Below are positions 20,951 through 41,360 of a stretch of 64,000 bases of DNA, piece by piece. The stretch is from Emiliania huxleyi CCMP1516. Taxonomy: Eukaryota. The DNA is taken from contig NW_005201287.1 in NCBI RefSeq assembly GCF_000372725.1, forward strand, positions 264,986-328,985, read 5' to 3'. The notes under the pieces were generated by a model. That model searched no databases. It was not told the DNA's origin and saw nothing but the letters and a program-made list of their open reading frames with translations. Positions within the stretch are counted from its first letter, which is position 1; each line of letters starts with the position of its first letter. A program made the translations under genes and the position numbers.

Positions 20951-23900
20951 ATGCTTCTGGCAACTTCTGCCGCCGTCCACCTCGAGGGCGCGGCACTTGC
21001 CGCGGCGGAGAGGGATGCTCTCGCGGCAGTGCTGGAACACGAGCGTGCCGAGCACGCCAGGTCAGATCGGCTTCTGGCAGACGCTCCACCGCTGAGTAGC
21101 CTCGTGCCGTCGATTTTTGGCGAGGCCGAGGCCGAGGCTGAGCCACCACCGGCCGACAATTCCTCTGGGAGGCCGACTCCGGAGTGGGCGAGTGGCCTCG
21201 GGCTGCCTGAGTACCTTCTCGACACGGCGCCGACAGTCGGCGATGGCGAGCTCCGCCACCTCCCGGCCTCGCCTTCGGAGCGCGCACCTTTGCTGCCCAC
21301 CCTCTACCTGCCGGGCTTCCCGAAGGCGGCGACGACTTGGCTCTCAAACTGCGTGCAGTACGCCTTCAGCCCGGTCAACATCTGCGGCCGGCGGGCCGAA
21401 AAGTGGGCCGCGTGCACGCGCCGGTTCGCGCTAATGGACCCTTAGCAGTCGCACCTCGTTGAGAGCTCCCACGATAAGCAAGTCTTACGCGGCTATCACT
21501 GGCCCCGACCCGCGCCAGGTACGCTCTCGCGCCCCTCTTCACCGACGCGTTGGCCCAGCCCTCGGCGTGGAAGGAGCGCGCTGCTCCTCTCGTTTCTATT
21601 TACGGCCTCCCTCCCAACGCGGCCAAAGGATATCCACCTCGAGAACCTCGAGAGAGAGGCCTCCCTCCGGACCGGACGCCATCCCCGCACCTCCGAGAAC
21701 CTTCTCTGGTAGGAGCTCTTCTTCTTCGGCGGCCGCCCTCCGGCCCACCCGTTCGCGTACCGGCCCGACCTGCTCGAGCTGCACGGGCCCGACCCGACGG
21801 GCGGCCCGCTGCGCAACCTGTCTCTCCTCTGGCCGTGGGAGAGACAGCTGCTGGGTCCGCGCCGGGGCTCGGCCTCGGGCGCGGAGCTCACGGGGGCTCG
21901 CTCTCTAGGCCCCCAGATCACCCGGCACCACCCGCGAGATCGTGCGAGATTAGGCGCGGAGCTCATGGGCCGGCTCCGCGCAATGTGCGCGCAGTCCGTG
22001 CCCCCACAGTCCTGCCTCTCGGGTGGCGGCGGTGACGCCTGCCGCGCCGCGCCGCGCTGCTCCGTCCTCGGCACCGCCGCGTGCGAGGGGGCCAACTGGA
22101 GAGGCGTTTGCCGCGGCCTGGGAGCCGCAAGGCCGCAGCCGCAGCTCGGCTGCACACACCCCGCGTGCGCGCGCGTCGCCGAGGCGAGCGCGGCCGAGAG
22201 CGGGCAGTTCTCGCTGAACTGCGTGTGGTCGCCGCGCCTCAAGGCAGTGAGCGGGCGGAGCGACGCCTACTGCGCGCACTCGCTGCTGCCGTGGGCGGCG
22301 CGGGGCGAGCTCAACGCGAGCGTGATGGACTTCACACCAAACTACATCTGCGACGCGGACGCGATGGCACGCATCCACGACAGCGCCGCGGGGAGGCCCG
22401 AGGCGGTCAAGTTCATCGTAGTGGTTCGCGACCCGGTGGCGCGCGCCTTCTCGGAGTGGTCGATGTTTGCGCTCGGCTCGCTGCGCTACCGGGAGCGGGG
22501 CCAAGACACTGCCCGGGCCTTCGCCTCTCAGCCTTCTCGGAGACCCCTCTCTGCAGGCTGGAACTGGGATCCGGTCAAGAACTTCTCGGCGGCGATGGCG
22601 TACAAGCTGCAGGCGCTGCAGAGGTGCAACCGCTCCCTCTACCTCAACGTCAGCAGGTGGCTATGCTCGGGGAGACTCGGGAGGAGCGGTCATCTCAGGG
22701 GAAAACCTCGGGTTAATCTCCCCCCCATTGATTTTGAGCAGGCTGCGCCAGCTGCCCACCACGGCGCCCGCCGCGCATTTGAGGCAGTGAGCACGAGATT
22801 GCTCGAGATGACACCCGAGATTAAGATTGATTGCTCGCGACGTGCAGGAGCTCGCCGCGTACCTGCGGAAGTGCTTCGACTACGGCCGCGCGACAATGTG
22901 CGCGCCTGTGGCCCACCACATCTCTCGTGACCAGTCCGACCGTTCGCCATTCGATCAGGGAGTCAATCATGATTCAATCAGCGTGCCTCCCTGAGATCGG
23001 CAGGTATGCCACCAGCTCGATGTACTCCGCTTGCCTGCTGCACGCGCTCCGCTACTTCAAGCGAGCGCCCCTCCTCGTGTCCTCCGCCGCCTCCTCCCTT
23101 TCCATCACGAACCTTCCGCGAACCTTCCGCGCGACCCCTCCCGGCACAGGCGGGAGCAGTTCCTTGTCCTCCGGTACGAGGACCTCATGGCGATGGACGC
23201 GACCGCGACGCTGCGGCTCCTCTCGCGCTTCACCGGCCTCGACGCCAGCACGTGCCGCTGGTTGCGAACAGTGACATTGGGACATTAATGTGTGGACTCA
23301 TTTCAGGCCTCCGCCTCGACGGCAGCACGGGCCACCACCGGCTGTGACACTACGATGAGTTATTCCGTGTGAGTGTGCAGGCCTCCATCTCGACGACAGC
23401 ACGGCGGCCAAGGCGCGAGGCCAGTGCCAACCCGCGAGGCTGCGCGCGGGCAAGCAAGGCAAAAGCCGAGCCGACCCTCTTCGTCGAGCTTCCCCGAGAT
23501 CAGCCGCGAGATGACGCGAGCGTGACTCGAGGTGCAGGCAAGGCGGACGCCCCGCCGAACGCCTACTCGTCGTCCTCGCCGCACGCGGCGGAGATGCTCG
23601 CCGAGGCGGCGCCCGGAACCTCTAGCCGAACTAGAGTTCGGAGCTGGAGCTGAGGATTCATCAGTCATCACAGGCGGCGCCGCAGCTGGAGGCCGTCTTC
23701 GCGCCGTACAACGCGCTGCCTTCCCGAGCCGCTGCACCCGCACTTGAGACTAGGTATCCCCATGATTACTCGTCGATTTGGTCGTTAACCAGGCGCTGCT
23801 GCGCGAGCTGCTGCACCCTCGCCTCTCGTGGGCTGCGAGCGACCACCGCAAGGTTGCACAACGTACCGCCGCGCGCTTAGCTTAGCCGTGTCTCCTCGTT

Positions 23901-24378
23901 GAGTCATCGTCGCTCAACCGACGGGTCGACACACAAGCGCCGGTCCGGTCATCGGTGAACTCGACACCAGGTGCCGCTCAGCGCTGAGGCCAAGGCGCGG
24001 GTGGCCGCGGAGCGGTACCAGCGCCGCCTGGCGCTGCGCAGGCGGCAGGTGTGTGCGCCGAATCAGACGCGACAGACACAGCTCTCTGAGAGAATTCCCC
24101 CGAGACCCGTTGTGACACCCTCACCACAAAGCAGACCGGCCCCTCCCTGGCCCTGCCACTGCACACTGCTCGTTTTCGCATGCCCTTGGCAGGTGAGCCG
24201 AAGGGTGGCGCAGATCGAGAGGGCGGCCGAGGTGCGGTCGCGGATCGGCGGAGCCGCGGCCGCCGCTGGCCGCGGGGCGGGGAGAGGCGCAATTGCGCGG
24301 GGCGCGAGGAGGAGGGGCGGGGCCCGGCGGTTGCCGGGGCGCCGTGGGGAAGCTCATGAAGGTGCTGCCTCGAGGTGA
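20951..24378 (+). CDS. PAPS-dependent sulfotransferase (heparan-sulfate sulfotransferase-like fold), multi-exon
   Basis: 5'-PSB motif LYLPGFPKAATT, ELFFF, DFTPNY, 3'-PB motif KFIVVVRDPVARAFSEW, then REQFLVLRYEDL and FAPYNALLRELL. Confidence 0.85.
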
Positions 24379-25196
24379 ACGAAAGAAAGAACGAGACGAA
24401 CGTCAAATGAAGTAGTACGCATTCGAGCGCCGCGCAGTTTTGCGAGCGGGTGCAGTTTTTGCGGGTGCAGATTCGCGGGTGGAGAAAATTGCTCGTGCCT
24501 CGGAGGCCGCCGCATCTTTGGGAGAGCGCCCACAGAGAAATGGCTGCGCGGCGGCTAAAAGGAATCGCGGCGGCTGCTCAGCGACTGAGCACCTGACAGT
24601 GCCGACAGCTGCCCGACAGCCCGACACGCGACAGATCACCTGACAGCACATCCTCACTCAAGTTGACGGGTCGGCGGCGCCGCTGGCCGCGCGAAGCTGT
24701 CGCACGCGCAGGGCTCGGCGCGGGCGCTGTGGGCGAGCCTGCAGCAGCAGCAAGCGTGTGTGGTGCCGGGGCCCGGGCGCTCGAAGCGTTAGAATAGCGC
24801 CTTAGTCAATGCTCGCTGCTTCCGCCCCCTCCCCGCCCTCCCTGGTCAGCGCCGTTCGTGGAGGGCTAGGCGCTCCGGCCTCCGCCCGGGGCTCTCGCCT
24901 CTCGCCTCTGTCTGCCGAGAGAGAGGGGGCTACCCTCTGAGGTCAACGCCCTCTGTGCCGCGCCAAGACAGACCCTCGGCCGGGGACCCTCTGAGGCCAA
25001 AATCAGCCAAGAGAGGCCACAGAGGCGGCACAGAGTCAGAGTCAAACCCTCTGTGCCGCCAAGCCAGGCAGGGGTCCGACCCCTCCTCAGAGGGGGTCTG
25101 AGGCCTCAGAGCGTGTACGAGTACAACGCCCTCGACGTACGCCTGCAGGTCACGCGCGCAGGCCCTTCGGCACTTCACAGCCATCCAGCGGTGTGC

Positions 25197-26199
25197 ATGG
25201 CTCCCGCCAGCGAGACGGCCTGCCGCCTCGACGTCGAGGGCCTCGTCCGGGAGCACGAGAGGGAGCGCGATGCCACGTCGACCGGCGATATGGACGCGCT
25301 GATGGCGCGGCACTTTGGGCCTCCGAGGGAGGAGGCGGAGGCGGAGCGGACGGCGAGAGGGCTCAAAGAGGTGGAGGCGCTCTCGACGGGCGCGCTTGAG
25401 CTCAACTGGCGGCACGCGAGCCTCTTGGCACCGACGCGGCAGCTCGGTCCGCCGCTTTGCCGCGGCTGCGGCTCTGCGGGAGCACTGTCGGCGTGCGGCA
25501 AGTGCGGAGTGGCCAAGTACTGCTCGAGGCATTGTCAGGTCACCGACTGGAAGGCGCGCCACAAGCGCCTTGACTGCGCCGCCCTCGCCGCCCTCGGGCC
25601 GAGCCAGCGCCTCGCCGACGTCGCGGCCGCCCAGGCAGCCGCCGAGTCGCTGATCGTCCGCCTGCGGCTGTGCGTGCTGGACCCAGCTGCTGCCCAGCCC
25701 TCGCTGTAGTCGCGCGCGTTCGGATGGGTCGCATCCTCTCCACCCCGCGCCTCTCCACCGTCCTAGGTACGCGCTTCCCTTTGCTGCACAGGGCGCGCGG
25801 GACGGGCGCGGCTTCCTGCTGCTCCAGTCGGAGACGCCGCTCGACGCGCTGGCGCTACCCGGCCCGGTCGACTGCGCCGGCCGCGCCCTCGAGACGCCGC
25901 GCGCGGTGCTGCTGCACTTTGTGAGCCTGCGCGAGTTTGACGAGGAGCTGAGCGGCGCGCTGCCCGCGCTGGCGGCCGTGCGTGCGCCGCTCGCCGCCGC
26001 GATCGAGTCTCACGACCCGGACGCAGAGGCGGTACTGCTGCTGCACGTCGGGCCTAGCGCGCAGGACTCGTTCACGGCGGTGGCGGTGGCGCCGTATGTG
26101 CCCGAGCCCGCCGTCTGCCGCGCGCTGGGAACGGAGTACGCGGGCAGGGACGCGCTGCAGATCGACCTCGACGACCTCGGAGGCGGTGGCGGGATGTGA
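25197..26199 (+). CDS. MYND-type zinc-finger protein; intron 25670..25766
   Basis: CRGC...CGKCGVAKYCSRHCQVTDWKARHKRLDC; the GT-AG intron links in frame to the 25906..26199 ORF. Confidence 0.85.
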
Positions 26200-26392
26200 C
26201 ACACCTCCGCACGATGTGAGCTTTGAGTCTCTTTGGAGAGCTCGATTTATTTCACTACCATTATGCATATATATTGAAAACGCCAGCGCTGCGGCAGCGC
26301 CCGAGAGCCGACAACGGTGGGGTCAACCCCTCAACGCTATAGATGTACCGATATCTCTAAGTTCACTGGTAACACTTCGCCACACATGATCG

Positions 26393-26984
26393 CTACCTGT
26401 CGGGTCGGCTGTCTGGGTCGCCATCGCCTTCCCTGCCGGGCTTGGGCAGCAGCCGGCCGAGCGCCTGATCAGAGACAGGACAGGGACGCAGTGTGGAGGC
26501 TGAGGTGAGGCAGGCGGGCGAGTGGGCTGTCCGGGGCTCGGCGAGCCTTCTCGATGCCGAACCGTCCCGCCTTGACGACGTTGGCGCCCTTGCCAACCAT
26601 GCGGTAGCGGCCGGCGCGGTACGCGTAGCGGTACGACACGCGCTTCACCACAAAGGCGTCCTCCGACGTCTCCACCATGTCCCCGCACCCGAGATTCGGC
26701 GCGAGCCGGTAGGTGCCGAGGCGGCGCTCGGGAGGCGTCACGTCGGTGAGCTCGTACGGTAGGCGGTCCCGGTCGTCCACCGGCCGCTTGACATAGCCTC
26801 CCTTCTTGCGCTTGTATACAGTCGCCTCCTCCTCCTCCTCCTCGCCCTCACCCTCGCCGAGAGACGCCAAGGCCCAGCGGCCGCGTTCGCCTGCAGCGGC
26901 CGCACGACACGGCAGTCCAGCGGCCTGAAAACCGGCCGTGAAGGGAGCGAGCAGCGAGAGCGTGAAGGCCAGCCTGAAGGCCAT
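26393..26984 (-). CDS. Probable plastid-targeted protein, DUF6464-like; one intron near the 3' end
   Basis: Signal peptide ending TAG-F (bipartite plastid presequence pattern). DVTPPERRLG...CGD...VVKRVSYRYAYRAGRY resembles the cyanobacterial/plant DUF6464 family as recalled, not searched. Confidence 0.7.
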
Positions 26985-27090
26985 GATGTGGGCAGCGAGC
27001 GGACCGCCGCGACTCGGCTGCGAGCACCGCACCCAAGACGATCGCCGCCGCACATGCACACATTTTTTTCACGATTCTGGGCTCGGAGAC

Positions 27091-27770
27091 GGGACTGGCG
27101 CGCACTGGCACTAACACAGGTATACACCGTACAAGGGTGGGGGCGGGGGTGGGGAAGGCATGATCGCGGAGGGTGGAGCAGAGAGTCTCAGTTTGCAGAG
27201 CCACCGAGAGACAGAGAGACTGGCGCACGTGTACGTTATATACGCGCACAGAGAGATAGATGCGTGTGTGGAGTGTGTGTGGCTGTGTGCTGTGTGGGGA
27301 GGCGCTGTGGAGTATGGTGTGTGTCTGTGTGGAGCCCCGGCAACTGCGTCGATAGAGTACGCGAGCGCTAAGCTTAATAGATTTATCGCCGGTCTGTGGG
27401 CCGAAGCGCGGCCAACACCGCGGCAGTCGGCAGGGTTAGCCGCCGCGTCGGCCGCCCGTGCCGTACCGCCCGCGCAACCAAGCTGTATACCAAACCCGAC
27501 GACAGAGACGAAGTCGGCGCGTGCGCCCGCGCCGGTCGTGCGGCGCCTGTGTTAGTGCCAGTGCGCGCCAGTCCCCGTTGTTAATTATCCACTGGCGCTG
27601 CGTTGTCGTGCGTGATTTCTCTTCTGGTGTACCTGTGTTCGTGCCACTGCGTGCCAGTCCCGTGCCCAGTGTCGTGAGAGCGAGAGAGTGCCTAAATTTT
27701 CTTTTCTGTGTACCTGTGTTAGCGCCAGTGCGCGCCAGTCCCGGCTCCCGCGTGCCTAGAGTGTCGTGCT
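27091..27770. repeat. Cluster of a ~30-55-bp motif (CCTGTGTTAGTGCCAGTGCGCGCCAGTCCC): one inverted and three direct copies
   Basis: Minus copy 27091..27120; plus copies start at 27546, 27632 and 27713. Confidence 0.85.
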
Positions 27771-27797
27771 AGGGAGCGTGGTTGTTCTTGGAGGCGC

Positions 27798-27911
27798 CTT
27801 GGAGCACTTGGAGTGCAGTCAGCAACCGCACATCCAGGGACGGGGAGCTAAGAAGCGCACCCCGCGGGCCAGATGATCGGTATCGGGTTGCGGGCTAGAG
27901 AGCCCTAGCCC
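27798..27911 (-). mobile_element. SINE-like repeat, full-length copy
   Basis: CTTGGAGCACTTGGAGTGCAG...GGGCTAGAGAGCCCTAGCCC. Confidence 0.75.
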
Positions 27912-28506
27912 TGGGCGGGGGGGGGGGGGGAGGGGCGGCTCAGGATCACAGACACCCCTCTCAGGATCACAGCACCGGCGGGGGCGCGCCTCAGAATCAA
28001 GCACCCACGGCAGGGTCTGTGAGGATCGGCAGACCTGGAGGGGGCACGCTGAGGATCATAGGCCTGAGAGGGATGCTTTCAAGATCACAGGGCTGCAAAG
28101 GGTGGCACTCGAGATCAGAGCGCCAAAATAGGCGCGCGGGAGATCAGCGGGCGCCGGAAGTGGGCGCAATACACATCACGAGCGCCGGAAGTGGTACAAT
28201 ACACATCATGAGGGTTTTGTGGTCTGTGCGCGGACGGCCCGGGGAGCCTGCGGCGCTATTACCTATTTTAACCTGCCCCGACAGAGTCTCTCGATACGGC
28301 GCGCGGCGGCGCCGCACCCAGCAAGCTGGGGCCGCTCCTTACGGACTCGTCGCTGCGCTCCACACGGAGCGCGCTGCGCGCGCGGTCTACGCCGAATACT
28401 GCGGCCGTCTTCACGACTGGTCGCGTAAAAATTCTTCTTCTGGACAGCATCGCGTCTTGCCCTTCTTCGCGCCCGAGGCTTCTCTCTGCTGGCCTCTTCT
28501 GCTGCG

Positions 28507-31476
<2,970 letters not shown>

Positions 31477-31931
31477 CTGCTGGGCCTGGCCTCCGAATCC
31501 GCGCCACGCATCGCAGACACGCCGCTCTGTGTTAGTGGCTGGGCGGCACAGAGAGCTCGTAGGCAAGTGAAGGCGCTGTTGAGGTTAATCGAAACTCGCC
31601 TTCGCGAGTGAGTGGACGTTTTTCCTTCCCGCCATCACCGTCTCGTGACGGATGACACTGAGGTCTGAGGCTCTGAGCTGTGAGGAGCACTCGCGTCTCA
31701 CGACAGAGACATGTGATCTAGACCGGAACCGACAACCGTGTCTCTCACGGGGAAAAACACTTTTGCTGTGTAGACACTGTACTTTAGCGATTAGCCCGTG
31801 CGCGTGGCGTGGGTGATGTGTAATCTATCATGATAAAAGCAGTTACTATGCATAGCAGTATGTTGCGCCAGGATCGTCGCAGGGGGTGAAGGGGTCGATG
31901 TTTGGACGGGGTGGTGAGGGCATGGAGCCAT

Positions 31932-33011
31932 TCAGCCTTTTCGGCGCCGAAAGACTTGAATTACGTCAAGAAATAAAGGCCAGTTTGGGACCCTGATGGT
32001 TTCGACTAGGTCGAATCTGCTCTTGACAAATTCTTGGGCCTCAAGGGAAAATGACTGGCCGTGCGCTGGCCTCCCAGGCAGCCCGAAGGTGCATCCTTGC
32101 CATTCTCCAATCAGAACTAATGTCCCCCCCCTGTATCGACGAAGGCATTCGAGTCCAAAGCTACCGGTGCCATTGTAGTCGGGCCACATGAGAAGAAGTG
32201 TGCGACCATCAGCTTCCGCCCGGTCGAGCACCTCCGGGCCACCCAGTTGCACAGAGGAAGGCTCGCCAAACGTGACGCCGCCATTGGTCATTGCCCCGAT
32301 TGCCTCGGTCGGTCCAAAACCATCAAGTACTATTGGCCGGTTGAAACACTTAACGTCTGCGTTGTAGGGTGCGATCCGCAACATCGCAGCCCAGTAACCA
32401 GAGCCGCCGCCAACTTCTATAAGCGGAGAATGCTGTGCCACAAAGGCTAAAGCGTCTTTGTTTGGCACGGACCACGCAAAGTGCGCCTTGATTTCCATCG
32501 ATTCGTGGCCGAAAACATTCATCAGCGATAAAGACGGGGCCTGGTGCGTTTCAACGTAATGCAGCTGCTTCCCAGCGAGTGATCTAACCCTGTCAATGAA
32601 GATCTCGAGGTAGTTGAGCTCGACCGGTGCACTCAGTACATCGGTTAACACCGACTTTCCCAATGCGGGGAGAAGCGTCGGGGGAGCGCCTTCAGTAGCT
32701 GCAATTGGCAACCATGCGGCAGCGAATTCTTCGAATCGATGGGAGGCCGCCAATGGATGTCGCAGGAAGGCGACCGACCACAGGAAGAGCCAGCTGCTCA
32801 GCTGAGCCCCAAGTGCCGGCCCCAACGCCGCGGCATTCGCAAAGGCAGCCTTGTGAAAATCATCGGCGTCCTCAGTTTTGCGTGCGTCGATCTTGCGTTG
32901 CACGTCGCAGAGCAGCCTGGCGAAGGGAGTGACTGCGGAGCCGGTATCCTCAGCGTTGTCATGCGGGGCCGCGGCCAGCACCGCCATCGCGCGCTTCACC
33001 CTGGTCTCCAT
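31932..33011 (-). CDS. Intronless SAM-dependent methyltransferase-like protein (359 aa)
   Basis: FAWSVP, motif-I-like LIEVGGGSGYWA, TLLLMWP, LVLIGEWQGCT. Long ORF in visibly less GC-rich DNA. Confidence 0.75.
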   Translation of the reverse strand: METRVKRAMAVLAAAPHDNAEDTGSAVTPFARLLCDVQRKIDARKTEDADDFHKAAFANAAALGPALGAQLSSWLFLWSVAFLRHPLAASHRFEEFAAAWLPIAATEGAPPTLLPALGKSVLTDVLSAPVELNYLEIFIDRVRSLAGKQLHYVETHQAPSLSLMNVFGHESMEIKAHFAWSVPNKDALAFVAQHSPLIEVGGGSGYWAAMLRIAPYNADVKCFNRPIVLDGFGPTEAIGAMTNGGVTFGEPSSVQLGGPEVLDRAEADGRTLLLMWPDYNGTGSFGLECLRRYRGGTLVLIGEWQGCTFGLPGRPAHGQSFSLEAQEFVKSRFDLVETIRVPNWPLFLDVIQVFRRRKG

Positions 33012-33108
33012 GCTTGACGGGACTCGCGAAGATAAACCCGAAAATCTTTAAATTTAAGCACTAGATCCAGTTTACTTTACGGCCCTTTCCCTGCGAACGC
33101 GCACCCCC

Positions 33109-33223
33109 GGGGCTAGGGCTCTCTAGCCCGTAACCCGACACCGATCATCCGGCCCGCTGGGTGCGCTTCTTAGCTCCCTGGCCCTGGATGTGAGGTTGAT
33201 AACTGCACTCCAAGTGCTCCAAG
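33109..33223 (+). mobile_element. SINE-like repeat, full-length copy in the opposite orientation
   Basis: GGGGCTAGGGCTCTCTAGCCCG...CTGCACTCCAAGTGCTCCAAG is the reverse-complement homologue of the 27798 copy. Confidence 0.75.
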
Positions 33224-33599
33224 ATCCAAACTGAAAAAGTTTTGGCCAAAAGGCCACACATGGTTGAACATGGCCCCTCAGGGGATGAGCTGGGTCGGCC
33301 TCCTCCGCCGGTCTGCAACTCGCACGGCGGGGCCGCGTCCGAGCAAGCAAGAAGCATCCGCGGCCCCCGGCGCGGGGTTGTCCCTTCGCAGAGCGCTCTG
33401 GCAGAGGGCGCGACCAGCAAGCAGCTCCCTCCGCCCTCTCTCGTCCTTCATCCTTCTCCCGCCACGCGATGACAGCATTTTGGAGTGAGAGTTCGGCCCC
33501 GCCACGCGCACCATCTCCTGGATGTGTTTGAACGTTTTGGTATGCACAGATGAGATCTCATCGTCTCACTGTGGATGAGCACACAACGTTTGTTATCCA

Positions 33600-39094
<5,495 letters not shown>

Positions 39095-40128
39095 GTTCCC
39101 GTAGGCCGGACTGTCCTCGTGTGTTTCTTCTCCGCCTGGCTGTGAGGCGTCGATAGTTATTAAATGAACTCGGGGGCACAGGACGCGGTACAAACGGGGT
39201 ACACCAAAAGGCACGGGCTGAGGGTTTGGTTTCTGGAGCCTCGGGTGCTTGTACGCTTTTGATCGGGTCAGGAGAGTGTGCGACTTTTTCTTTTACCACT
39301 TTGGTCGTCTCGGAGCGCCTGCTTTTAGCATTTTCTACAAAAATCTTCGGCGCGCTGCGCGCCCGGGTGCACGGCTGTCAGACAAGTTATCGTCGTCCCC
39401 CGGGTGCGTAGCTAGTTAGTAGTAGCTATCGTCCCGCAAAGTAGTTCCCGCACACTATGGCTAGAAAAATGCTGCCGCTCGCCTCGAAAGCGCCCGCCGG
39501 TGCACTTGGAGCACTTGGAGTGCAGTCAGTAACCGCGGTGCTTGTCCTTACTTGTAGCGCTCACAAGTTTGTACGTTGTACACCCTCTCTCTTTTCTCCC
39601 AGTTTGTAAGGACGCGTCCCTCCACAACACACTTGCCGCCTGGGCAACGGTGATGACGCCGTCGCGTCACCGACCGCTCGTGCTTGCGTATGATAGCAAC
39701 CCCTCGTCCGACGGTAGCGTCTCGCGCCACCGCCGCATCCCGCACCGTTGTCCGCCTACACCGCTCCGGTCGCAGCCTTGGCAAGTGCCTTCACATGCGC
39801 TGGGTCTGGTGCAGCAGCAGCCAGTGCGCAGCAGCAGCCAGTGCAGCAGCGAGTGATCGCTTGCACAAGCGGTGGGCGGTCGTCATGACGTCATGTGCGA
39901 TGGGTCACTTTGGCTAAACCTAAAGCGTCAACCCGGCTGCACGAAGCACAGTGCGGCGCGGTGCAACCAGTGGAGGCAAAATCGGCTCAAAAACAACGCC
40001 CTACTGGCTGCGCAGATAGCACTGGCTCGTTATAGCGAGGCGACCGAGCGCGAGAGGTTGGTGCAGAGCGTGCAATGCAGCTGATCCACTCTCGCACTAC
40101 AATGCTAGCGCGGGAGGCGAGTTCGCGG

Positions 40129-40250
40129 GAAGAGGAGCTGGTGGCGATGAAGGTGGTGGAGCTCAAGGAGGAGCTGGGCGAGCGTGCCGAGGCCCTCTCG
40201 GGCAACTCAAAGGTGTGGCTGCACCGCCGGCTGCACGCCGCTATAGTGAG
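40129..40250 (+). other. SAP-domain-like coding fragment, probably a repeat-associated remnant
   Basis: LVAMKVVELKEELGERAEALSGNSKVWLHRRL resembles the SAP helix-loop-helix consensus; no complete gene evident. Confidence 0.5.
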
Positions 40251-41057
40251 CGAGTATTTGGAGAGCGCCGCGGGCGCCGACGCGGAGCCAGTAGAATGTC
40301 CAAAATTTTCGCCGCGCGCCTGCGGCGCGCGACTTTTACCATTTTGCCCCGGGGGCCCACTTTTGTCGTTTTGCCCCTCAAATGACAAATCAACTGCTAG
40401 CAGTGCTCTTTTAGCGTTTTGACCCAAACCGGCCGAACTTTTAGGTATTAGGATACCCTCAGACTATGACTGTGACAGACCAGGGTTCGTGAGTGAATTT
40501 TCACACTTTCACTTTCACATGTGAATTCATGTGAATTTCACATGAAACGTTTCGGCCGCCCCCGTTTCACTGAAAATTTCACAAGTTCGACTACTTTCGA
40601 AGGCTCTGGCATCTCCGAGGCGGCAGCGGCGGAGGCGGCAGCAGTCGAAACCGGTTTCGAGGCGGCAGCGGCGGAGGCGGCACAGCGGAGAGAGCGGCGG
40701 TGCGCCTACCACTGCCGGCACCGGTAGGGATCTCTGTGCCACCAATGCCGCGCGTTCCTGCTTCCCTGCAGCGAGGCCGTGGTCAAGGCCGTGGTCGTCC
40801 CCAAGGCTCAAAGAGCAGGGGCCCGCCCTCACTGCATCAAAACGCGGTGAAAGCAAGGAAGTGTAGAAAGGAAAGAGCCCACAATAACTCTAGCGAGAGG
40901 AGGTGCAGCTTGGTTCGTGTCCTCAGGCGCTCGAGGACGTGTGTGTTGCCTCAATGTTCTTTTAATGCGCGCCCCCGCCGAAATACACTGCAAATACACC
41001 ATACACGCGAGATGCGTCGGCAGCGACGCGCACGACCTCTTAAGAAGCACCGTGTCG

Positions 41058-41275
41058 TTAGGATTAGGGTTAGGGTTAGGGTTAGGGTTAGGGTTAGGGT
41101 TAGGGTCAGAGAGCGTTCAAGCCGTTGTGCAGCTCCTAAGAGAATGGTCCGGTTTGGGCCGAAACCAAATGGAGGAATCAGCGGTCCGTCGACACGAGCT
41201 CTCGGTGAATGCTTTGGGTTCTTCGGGCTAGGGTTAGGGTTAGGGTTAGGGTTAGGGTTAGGATTAGGGTAAGGG
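41058..41275 (+). repeat. Two interstitial telomeric (TTAGGG)n tracts (41058..41105 and 41228..41275)
   Basis: Eight hexamers each, including TTAGGA variants. Confidence 0.95.
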
Positions 41276-41360
41276 GTTGGTTGTCGTCGCGCGCTCTCGA
41301 TATCTGGCTAAGACAGAGACACAGCAGCAGAGGCGACCCAAGCGACACATCAGAGCATGG

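Noticed and set aside
27546..27745. CRISPR-like repeat-spacer appearance
   Set aside because: Only three degenerate repeats, spacers related to each other, no cas genes, eukaryotic context.
41106..41227. Possible hAT dimerisation-domain remnant (SESVQAVVQLLRE...RNQMEE)
   Set aside because: Resemblance too weak to support by eye.
41058..41275. True chromosome end
   Set aside because: Short tracts inside a TSD-flanked element with genes on both sides.
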